60,000 nt of DNA, from contig NC_087246.1 in assembly GCF_037042905.1 (NCBI RefSeq), forward strand, positions 10,170,001 through 10,230,000. The letters are read 5' to 3'. The notes under the pieces are model-generated. The model saw nothing but the letters and a program-made list of their open reading frames with translations. It was not told where the DNA came from and did not search any database. The stretch is from Lytechinus pictus. Taxonomy: Eukaryota. Position 1 is the stretch's first letter. Every line of letters begins with the position of its first letter. Of this stretch, positions 12,965-23,465 are shown piece by piece. The position numbers and the translations under genes are program-made.

Positions 12965-14230
12965 TAATCACCGGTCTGGAGTAAAGACTATACTCTATAT
13001 CCATCTTTTTTCACAGGAATGAGATTGTGGGGTCTTGAAGATTTGTTTAAATAAACGGGTCTGGAGAATTGAGAATACGTTATATACACGTTCTTTATTA
13101 CAGTGTCATAGTATTGGAAGATGGCGGGGCATTAATAGTTTTGAATTTATTTAATCAACCGGTCTGGAGTCAGGGGACTCACATAACCAAGCGATGCTTT
13201 CCAGTGAGTTCCCTTTTTTCATTTCTGTTATTCATATTCTGATTTGTTCTTACTTACTTTGTAAATTTGTTTGAAATGAAGAAGAATAAATTCAATCAAA
13301 AGACTACACTTTATATTCATCTTATTCTACAGGAATGAGACGGTTGGGTCTTAATTTTTTTTAATTATTATTGACGGTGAGGTGTTGCCGTTCTTAATTA
13401 TCTTGAAATACTATGCTCTTTACTTATGATTTAGTACAGGATCTTAGTTTAGAAGGATTTTCAAATTGTTAAATAACCGGGTCTGGAGTATTAAAAGACT
13501 ACACTCTATATCCATGTTATTCCAAACGATAGTAGGTCTTAGTTTTTAAGATTTTTGTTTTTAAAGGACAAGTCCACCCCAACAAAAAGTTTATTTGAAT
13601 AACAAGAGAAAAATCCAACAAGCATAACACTGAAAATTTCATCAAAATCGGATGTAAAATAAGAAAGTTATGACATTTTAAAGTTTCGCTTAATTTCACA
13701 AAACAGTTATATGCACATCCTGGTTCATATGCAAATGAGGAGACTGATGACGTCATCCACTCACTATTTCTTTTGTATTTCATTATGCCAAATATGAAAT
13801 ATTCTAATTTTCTCCTCATTGGCAAGTGATACAACAATTAATTCCTCCCTGAACATGTGGCATTAGCATTGTTTAATATTATATGTTTCAGTCAAGTTGC
13901 TCCTTAATGTCAAATCTATAAAAAATGAAATATTGTATAATTCAAACAATAAAAAACAAAAGAAATAGTGAGTGATGGACATCATCAACTGACCCACCTA
14001 GTTGTGCATATCACTGTTTTGTGAAAAATAAGCGAAACTTTAAAATGTCATAACTTTCTTATTTTACATCCGATTTTGATGAAATTTTCAGCACTGTGCT
14101 AGTTTGATTTTTCTCTATATATTCAAGTCAGCATTTTCCTGGGGTGGACTTGACCTTTAAGTTTTGAAATAACCAGGTCTTGGGTAAAGACTCTGTTCCC
14201 ATCTACGCATGCTGGAGTAAAGACCACTAT
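12965..14230 (+). repeat. Degenerate local repeat (ccggtctggagtaaagactatactctatatccat...) interrupted by a MITE
   Basis: Motif variants at about 12971, 13057, 13159, 13299, 13478, 14173 and 14213. Confidence 0.5.
13565..14156. mobile_element. Kolobok-like (T2-type) MITE, second copy
   Basis: TTAA|aggacaagtccacc ... ggtggacttgacct|TTAA, highly similar to 11871-12462. Confidence 0.85.
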
Positions 14231-14619
14231 ATACTACATGTATATTATACAGATATTGCCTACCTAGAGTTTGAATTTAACATTTCCTCTTCCGATATTT
14301 TTCCCAAGGGATTATATTTTTCGCTGAGGGAAAATATTCTCCCAAGGGAAAAATAAAGCTTCGGAGGGGAGTTGAAATGTTATTTATTAAAACGATAGAC
14401 CAGGCAATAGTTATATTATATAGTCTATGTGGATTCGCCATCAGAGATTGCATTCATCATGTGGCTCCAACCCGAAATTCTTGCTGCAGCTCTGATCCAT
14501 CTACGTCATAATATATTTTTTGGGAAAATACAGCAAGCGCGTTCTTCATGCAATGGACGCGTTAACACTAGCGCGTGCAACCTGATTACGCAACTTGTAA
14601 GCAGCGAGTGACCTCACCT

Positions 14620-15074
14620 TATACCGTGTTTACACTTAATCGGCATTTGAATCGGCTCGCGGTTCTGAACCGCGAGCCGATTCAGCATCGGCTTTTTCAT
14701 AGCGTGTAAACGCGAGCAACTTGAATCGGCTCGCGGTTCAGAACCGGCAATTTGCACCACCAAAGTAGTAGGTTCTGAACCGCGAGCCGATGCAGAATCG
14801 GCTTTTTTACTACGTGTAAACAGAAAGCCGATTCTGCACCGGCAATTTGTGCGCATTTCAATTACTTTACCATTGTGACGTAATTGTAAGCGCACTGATC
14901 AAGCGTTGTCTTTATTATGACGTATATTGTAGGTATGCGTATCATTTCAGGTTTTTGCATCGGCTCGCGGTTCTGAACCGCGAGCTGTAACAACGTGTAA
15001 ACGCAATCCAAATGCCGATTCTGCATCGGCATTTGGTTCAGAACCAATTGCCGATTAAGTGTAAACACGGTATA
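14620..15074. mobile_element. Palindromic MITE
   Basis: Perfect inverted ends tataccgtgtttacacttaatcggca ... tgccgattaagtgtaaacacggtata, with repeated internal hairpins ggctcgcggttc(t/a)gaaccgcgagcc. Confidence 0.8.
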
Positions 15075-16667
15075 TGTGAGATAACGCTGCAATTGACAAT
15101 ACAACGCAGTTATATTCACTGAGGTGACGTCAAAGCCTATTATAACAAATGCGATCCTCGCAGCTATGATCACGTGATGGCGTATCGACCTATCACTGAT
15201 TCGAATCTACATAACCTATGTAAAATATATATTTGCCTTGAAAGTGCCTCAGGCAGTGTTCGAAATTGAGTGTCCCTTAAATTTTAGTCTGGTGCCCCCC
15301 CCCCCGCCGCCTCTCTGAAAAGCGTTAAAAACATAAAACATAACAAATATATAAAGATATAAAAATGAATAAATTTGAAAATAAAATAAAAAATAATCCT
15401 TTTGAAAACCAGGATCTTTAAGGGGGAGGGCAAAAGCCCCCCCCCCCTTAAAGAATTTTTGATCCATGGCTGTTATGTAGATGTGACAGAGAATTTCTAA
15501 AAATATATTTTTTTTAATGAGATAGATTCATGGGTGATTTCAAGTTTGCTGTTGACCCTTTTTAATGAATTGCAAGAAGAGATGAGAGGTGGAAAATATA
15601 AGAGAAAGAGTTGTGTGTGTGGTTGAATAATGAGAGTGCGATATGGCAAAGAGAGAGCTGAAGAGAGATTAAAAGAATAGATAATGTATAATAATAATGT
15701 GAAGGGGCATAGGTTGCACAAGAGAGTGGACAAAGCCAATTGACAAATTACCAACAGGGAGCAACCATAAAGGGCCATTTTATTCTTTATTCATTTTGAG
15801 AGGAGGCTGGATCAATGAGGGAGAAACAATTTATAAAGAGTGGGGGGGGGGGGGTAAAGCCGACCAGTGCGCCCCCCCCCCCCCCTTTGAGAGGCTCAAT
15901 CAAAAATTGTAATGTAAAATGCTGTTAAAACAGAAGTGTGTCCCCCTTTTGAAAGTGAAGACCCCCCCCCCCCTTTTTTTTTTGCTCATCAAATTTTTCC
16001 TTGGGAAAATGTCCCCCCCCCCCTTTGGAAAAATCCTAGATCCACCCTGCCTGAAATTGATGAGGTTTGGTAATGACATGTCACTTATCTGTGCTCTTAA
16101 AGAGTGAACACAAATAAATTAGATTACCCACCCCCTGCAAAATATAATTAAATGATCAATATCAATATAATTGGAAAGGGTTGGCGTAAAAAACACTATT
16201 AATTACAGAAAATTGATAGGTTCTAATTACACTGCGATGCGAAACATGCATCTAGTGATTCTGATCTGGAGAACAGCAGAGAAAGGTCGTAATTTTTTTT
16301 TTAATGAAAGAACCAAATTACGAAACCAGTATTAAAGTGAAATGTTCAAACTAAAATACATTATTATTTATATTGGCGTATTGTTAACTTATTGTGAAAT
16401 AAACTAGTTCGTAAGTATCTCCCCCCCCCCCGGTCTTCCCCTTTCATTTTATACACCGATGATCATGTTGAAGAGAAGATAAAAAATCGGCCGATTCACC
16501 CCTCCCCCCCCCCCCTCATCTCCAGGTTAAACAAGATTAAGAAGTGTCAGGCTGTGGTGCTAGTGTATGTTGCATGTCATTTGCATTCTATACACGGATT
16601 GAAAAACGATACATGCATGATGACTAATTGTAGTGAAGAACGCTGATCGGTCAATAGTAGTAAGCAG

Positions 16668-17281
16668 CAGAGGCGTCGATCCTGGGGGGGGCAGGGGGGG
16701 CGATCGCCCCACCAATGAAAATATTAGGGGGGCAAACATATCATTTTGCCCCCCCAATAATTCCGGATATGCATTAAAAAAAAAACAAGATTGTAATGTT
16801 CAGCAAGCGAGATTGAGATACACAACTCGTTCTTTATTTAAAATCGTGCTCAAAATGTCCGCTTTTCAGATTGGAATATAAAAATTTTCAGCTCGCGCTT
16901 CGCGCTCGCATCATTTCTGTAGCAAAAACCCATACTTTTCATGATTTAATTGGTGAATGTAAATGTCCCATTTTCAGTTCTAAGCCTCAAAAGAACTGCT
17001 TCAATTTGCAATCATCTTTTCTTGGATATATAGCTTGTTCTTTATCAAAAACGTCCAGTAAACTGTCATTTTTTCAGATCGAAATATCAAAATTTTCAGC
17101 TCGCGCTTCGCGCTCGCATCTATTCTCTTTTAGATACAAATCTTAATCATTGGTACCAAAAATGCTTAGAATATCAAGTTTTCAGCTCAGAATATAAAGA
17201 AATTTGAGCTCACTCTCGGCACTCGTACTATCTGTGTAGTGAGATACGTGTCTGTGTCTCATGAGTCATACATATATATAG

Positions 17282-17325
<44 letters not shown>

Positions 17326-17350
17326 GTGTGTGTGTGTGTGTGTATATATA

Positions 17351-17400
<50 letters not shown>

Positions 17401-17472
17401 TGTACGATCGAGCGCCTTTGGAACGTTAATGATTTCGCCCCCCCCAATCTGAAAAATGGATCGACGCCCCTG
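16668..17472. mobile_element. hAT-like MITE with 8-bp TSD
   Basis: GTAAGCAG|cagaggcgtcgatcc ... ggatcgacgcccctg|GTAAGCAG, with an internal (TA)n/(TG)n microsatellite at about 17270-17390. Confidence 0.88.
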
Positions 17473-18352
17473 GTAAGCAGTAGATTAATCACGTGATGAA
17501 TATATTAAATTTCATGAATAATTAACGCAAAGTTGACCTCGCTCAATGCGCATGCGTGACGCTGATCTCTACTTTCTGCTTCGTCATATAAAGAATCTAT
17601 TAGGATGTGTGGAGCAGCGAACTGATGAATTATTCATGCATATGCAAATGGAGCTTAGGATTTTCCCAAATGTCTCCGACAAAATGGCGGAGCTTCGGGG
17701 GCCTGACCAGGCACCAGCAGTGCGCATGTTATAATGACATAACAATCAACAGACCGAACTCGCACTGCATGAGCATGTTTTGCATCGAAATTCATAAATT
17801 TCACATGAAAAAAAAAAAAAATTAGGTGTAACCAAATAAACCAAATAATTCACACATTCGGTGAAAGATGAAAAAATGACCCATTCAACTCGGCTACGCC
17901 TCGTTGAATGGATCATTTCATCTTTCACCTCATGAAGTATTCTGTCCATTGCACTCATAAACATTCATTATTTGTATATTATCTAACTCCGTAACATTTA
18001 CCATTAATTATGATGCAGTTAATATAGGACTTGTAAATAGGAAATCAATGTAATCGATTCTTAGAAAATACACACGTCCTCTCTTACACAGGGTTACTAG
18101 TATATAACTTATAAATTTCCATACACTTTTACTTAACTCAACGACTACTGGAAATAGATGATAACAGGATAACGGACTTAATCATACATCGTTGGTACAT
18201 TTTGTTAAACTCAAGAATCAAGATTACATTAGACAGTATTAATATAGCAATAATAATCCTTTATGCGGTCTTGATTATATTTTCATTTATCATGGTTATA
18301 ATTATGAAAGTATTTCAAGCTTTTAGAACAAAAAATTATTGCTTCATTAATT

Positions 18353-19000
18353 TCAGTCGAGAGCAAGGATAACCGCTAGGGCTGTCACACTTCCTGCACA
18401 ACCGCCCAACGCGGCTCCGATTGCCGCACCGGGGACTGCTCCTACCCCTCCAAACAAAGATCCAATTGTCCCGCCGATGAATGCACCGACACCTGCGCCA
18501 GTCGCAGCACCCCCGCCGAGGAGCGTCAACACTCTATCCTCTATTTTTTTCGTTTCCTTGTCGGTGTCTAGGTTAGGAGCGACATATCTGATAAAGTCTA
18601 TCCCCTTCTTGGCCACACCCGCCCCACCCCAAGCAGCCGCACATGCCGCACCGGGATTAATATTGAATGCCTTTAAAGCAAGGCCCAACTCAACGATCTC
18701 ATATCCTTTAACAAAAACATCAAGGGCTTTTTCGGAAACCTCCAGTGCCTTCTTCACTTTCGGATTGCCAGAACAATATGGTTTTATGATCTGAATAAAC
18801 TTCTTGGTTACTCCCGCCAAGCAGACCGTTTTCTCCAAGTTGCCTTTTTCAAGTTTATGCGCTTGAACGAGGTCGTCCAACTTGGAAGCCAATTCGTATA
18901 AGTCCTCCATCTTGGTTTTATCTCGGCCAGTGAAGTCGTCAACATAATTTTTGCTGGCATCGATTTGCTTTTTGACATCTCTCCATGATATTTCAGCCAT
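18353..19000 (-). CDS. Uncharacterised 215-aa protein: charged helical N-terminus and C-terminal glycine-zipper hydrophobic segment
   Basis: 648-bp uninterrupted ORF, more GC-rich than its flanks. The ATG directly follows a polypyrimidine tract and acceptor (ttcttctctgtgtattcgtttctgtttag|ATG). C-terminus GAATGAGVGAFIGGTIGSLFGGVGAVPGAAIGAALGGCAG. Confidence 0.75.
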   Translation of the reverse strand: MAEISWRDVKKQIDASKNYVDDFTGRDKTKMEDLYELASKLDDLVQAHKLEKGNLEKTVCLAGVTKKFIQIIKPYCSGNPKVKKALEVSEKALDVFVKGYEIVELGLALKAFNINPGAACAAAWGGAGVAKKGIDFIRYVAPNLDTDKETKKIEDRVLTLLGGGAATGAGVGAFIGGTIGSLFGGVGAVPGAAIGAALGGCAGSVTALAVILALD

Positions 19001-19255
19001 CTAAACAGAAACGAATACACAGAGAAGAAAAATAAGAAGAGGAGGAACACAAAAGAGGGGATATAAGAACGAGAAATCTGAGATGAAGAGGAGAATTGAC
19101 TGGAAATAGACCATGCAAAAAAAATCAACAAAGTTGGACGTGTGGACGATCATTCCACAAAAATGACAATTCTCCTCAATTATTGTTGGTCATATTCTTA
19201 CCCTCAGTTGAAGTCAGGATTTACCTCTTATCATTTCATGGTAATTTAACACGTG

Positions 19256-19325
19256 GAGGAGCCGTGGTGCAGTGGTTCTGACTCTCGCCTTGTAAACAGA
19301 GGGTGGTGTGTTCGAATCCCACCAC
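19256..19325 (+). mobile_element. tRNA-derived SINE head fragment
   Basis: Pol III A-box-like gtggtgcagtgg and B-box gttcgaatccc at tRNA spacing, but no complete cloverleaf. Confidence 0.6.
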
Positions 19326-20018
19326 AATCTGGCATAAGGCTCCATCTGTACAGTCGTTGATTCTTTATTTTGAATTCCTCCAAAAACACAAGAGGATTGT
19401 GGTTTGTATAGACTGTAATCTCTCCATTGGTTAGATACACCTCAAAATACTGAAGGGCAGCGCAAGTACGAGACTCAGGGCCTCCTTTTCAATAGTTGAG
19501 TACTTCTGAAACAGATTGAGTTTCTTAGAGAAGTAGCATACAGGTTTTTCGATGCCCTCTTCATCTTCTTGGAGCAATGCTGCCCCTACTCCAACATCAC
19601 ATGCATCAATAGCTACTTTGAATGGCTTTGTGAAGTTTGGAGCTGCCAAAACAGGCTCATTCACCAAAAATGGCCTTTAATTTCTCAAATGATCTCTGAC
19701 ATTCGTCAGACCAAGCATACTTCACTTTTGCCTTCAGCAGGTTTGTCAGAGGACTATAACCACTATACGGTAAATTGGAACGAATTTTCTGTAGAAACCT
19801 AAGAGTAGTGAGCAATTCTTTCTTTGTTGTGGGAATGGGGAAGTCTAAGATAGCTTGTATCTTGGCTTCTCTTGGTAGCACTTGCCCCTGACCAACCACA
19901 TGACCAAGAAATGTGACCTTTGCCTTGGCAAATTCACTCTTCATCAGATTCACTACTAGGTTGGCTTTTTCCAGCCTGTCAAACAGTGCTCTCAAATGAT
20001 TCAGATGATCATTCCAAG

Positions 20019-21069
20019 CAGTGGCGTACCGTGGGTCACCAGCAAAAATTGTGAGTCAAAGCGCGCTAAGTCGCCAGGTATACTGACCTAATAGATTTAA
20101 GGAAAGTGCCATTAAACGGATATGTATCTCACTGATCAAATAAATGCGAGCGCGAAGCGCGAGCTGAAAATTGTTGATATTCAGAGCTAAAAAGGGACAT
20201 TATAATCATTTTTTTGTAATCATGATACGTACCTGTCTTGCTAAACAATGGGAGCGTGATTTCACTAACCAAGAACTATTTTTAAAACAATCCATTAAGA
20301 GTATACATATCTATCTCACCATAGTCATCTAATGTGAGTGCCAAGCGCTTGCTGATTTTGTTAGAATTACATCTGAACACATGAAACACTTTTTGTAGTC
20401 ATTGTTATCATGATTATCATACACATATCACTAATCAAATATTGCGAGCTGAAAATTTAGGAAATTCAGACCTGAAGAGGGGCATTTTAAGGCTTGTTTG
20501 TAGGAATTCAGTAAGACCATACGAAATGATGCGAGCGAGAAGCGCGAGCTGAAAATTGCTGATATTCAGATCAGAAAAAGAGACATTTTAAGGAGTGATT
20601 TTAGGGATTCATGGAGAGCAGACATATCTCACCAATCCACCAATGCGAACGTAAGCACGGACAGGAAATGTTTTATATTAAGACGTTAAAATGGGGCAAT
20701 CACTTCAAGTAGTCATGAAAAAGAAGCATATGTCACTACATAAAACAATAACTCGAAGTGCGAGGAAATATATTTGGTGTATATTGACTTGAAAACGGGA
20801 GGTTTTAGTACAACAGGATTATATATCTCGTTAAACAGACAATGCGAGCACCAGGAACAATGAAGACATAAGCCCTAAGCAAATTATGTTTCATAAAGTT
20901 ATGAAAAAAACGTTTCCTATGTAATATAACATATTTATGATATAACATTATAATGAACAATAATTTCTTCTTTCCCACTACGTTTCTCTTTCTTTCTCCC
21001 TCTTTTTCTCCTTTTCCCGTTTTTTTGTCAGCCGATTGGGGCGCCCCCCCCCCCTTAGTTACGCCACTG
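20019..21069. mobile_element. hAT-like MITE with 8-bp TSD inserted in the Gypsy RT
   Basis: ATTCCAAG|cagtggcgta ... tacgccactg|ATTCCAAG, and the RT reading continues across the site. Confidence 0.9.
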
Positions 21070-21455
21070 ATTCCAAGTATCACTACACTAGGATGTCCGG
21101 AGGATCTCGTCTATGTATATATACGACACAATTGTCAAGCCCAGCATACAATCACTTGATTTGTTAACCTTTGGAAGGTTGCTGGTGCATTTTTCATTCC
21201 AAAAGGCACGAGTTTGCACTGAAAATAACCTTCAGGTGTGACAAAGACTGATATCTCTTTGGCTTGGTCAGTCAGTGGCAATTGCCAATATCCCTTTAGC
21301 AAGTCTATCTTTGTGATATAGGCGGAATTTCCAACTCTATCAATACAATTTTCTAACCTAGGAATTGGATACGAGATACGAGTCAGTCAGTGACTGCATT
21401 CACCTTTCGGTAATCAATGCAAAATCTCTGAGAGCCGTCTGGCTTTGGAACCATG

Positions 21456-23465
21456 GAGCTATTAATAGCTCTATGTTTCACCATTCTGTTTAATTTATTT
21501 TTTCTCCTTCCCAACACAACATTTTATAGCCAAGGCTGGATTCCCCTTTAAATTGATTCGAGAAAGGGAGAAATTGAAGAAAAGAGCCTGGAAAAGTAAA
21601 GATGAAGTTAAAATGATAGAATATAGAAAGATCAGAAATAAAATCACTTACCAATTAGGAAAGAAAAGAAAAAATATTATAATGATCAAATAACAAATCT
21701 AAAAGTAAATGCTGGAAACATATGGACTGTTATGAAATCATTATTACCTTCTAAGAAAATACATTCTGTGTTTAAAACTGACAAAGAACTAATATTTGAG
21801 CAAAGTAAGAATTTTAATAATTATTTTGCAAATATCAGGGCTGATTTAGCATCCAAGATTCCTATTTCTTCTGGAATAGTGCCGGAACAATGTAACCTGG
21901 ATTCATCTTTTTATTTTACAGCAGTAACAGAAGAGGATGTTTCAAAAGAGATTAAATTATAAAAAAATAAACCTTCTTCTGTGTATAGATGGTATTACTG
22001 CTCAAATACTAAAAATGTCTGCTCCAGTCATACTTCCATCACTTACTTATTTGATCGATAAATCACTACTAGATAGTACGTTCCCACATAAATACAAGAT
22101 AGCAAAAGTACTGTTATTCCAGTGTACGAATCAGGTGATAAAAATGAACCTTGTAACTATAGACCAATCTCCATTTTATCTTCTATTTCAAAAATTATGG
22201 AAAGACTTGTATCCAACCAACTTAAATTGTACATAAAAGAAAATGAAATACTCTGCGTGGAACAGTCCGGATTTAGAAAGAAACACTCAAAGTAAAATAT
22301 TGTAAACTGCATCTGTATGCAGACGACACAGCTATTTATTTTTCTGGAAAAAATATCAGTGAGATAGAATACTACATAAATATTGATCTACATAACATAT
22401 ATTATTGGCTGTGCCACAACAAACTAAGCCTTAATGTTGATAAAACGAATTCTATGCTTTTCGGAACTAATATTATGTTATCAAAATGTGCAAATATAAA
22501 TGTTCAAATATCTGATAATACTATTAAGCAATCTAACTCTGTTAAATATTTAGGCATGTATCTCGATCCAAAATTAAAGTGGGATACCCATATTGAAGAA
22601 CTGTGTAAAAAAATTAATAAGCTTGTCAAATATTTAGCACGTCTAAGACATTTCGTAACTGAAAGTAATTTAAAATTATTGTATAATTCAGTCATACTTC
22701 CCTTATTCGATTACGCTGATATTGTATATGAATCCACAAATAAGAAATATACTGAACGTCTTCAAAAAATTCAGAACAGAGCTGGCCGTATTTTAACTGC
22801 AAAATCGAATATATAATAAAGAAATACACCAACGACTCGAATGGAGGTCATTACAATCACGAAGAAATATACATGTACATACAATGGTGTTCAAATCATT
22901 GAATGGCCTCGCTCCATTATACTTAGCAGATTCATTTAAATATTGTAATTACTCATATAATTTAAGAACCGTAGGTAATGTAATTATGCCCAAACAAAAT
23001 ACAGAAAATTGCCGTAGAATGTTTATATAATAGAGGTTCACGCCTATATAATGACTTACCTTTAGATATGAAATTTATCAAAAACTTAACAACATTTATT
23101 ACTTCTTTGAGCTCTAAGATTTCAAAGTACATTGATCTCTGAGCAACACGTTGTTTTGCCGGGAGGGGGGGGGGTGTATTTGCTTGTAACTTGAACTCAT
23201 AACTTTAAATTTTGTTTTATGTCTATTGTCTAGTTTTCATTACTTTATATTTTGTTTAACAATGTTCTTTTCTGCTTGTTAATGATGTTTATGATACAAT
23301 TTGATCTATTTTATTATGTTCTGGACCCCTAGGCAGAACAGAGTGGTACTAATGGGCGATCTAGCCATTCATATGTATTCATTTTATTTTGTAATTATAT
23401 CTGATGTATTTTGTTTGTATTTTGAATGTTTTTATGAATGGAAAATAAATACATTACAATACAAT
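21456..23465 (+). mobile_element. 5'-truncated CR1/L2-group LINE nested in the Gypsy element
   Basis: NYRPISIL, EQSGFRKKHS, YADDT (22316), LGMYLDPKLKW and LQKIQNRAGR. The 3' tail is aataaatacattacaatacaat. Confidence 0.85.

Noticed and set aside
18477..18794. Plus-strand 105-aa ORF overlapping the orphan gene
   Set aside because: Antisense shadow of the Gly/Ala-rich minus-strand ORF, with no independent support.
19256..19325. tRNA gene
   Set aside because: A and B boxes are present but the acceptor stem and cloverleaf do not close properly. Better explained as a SINE head.
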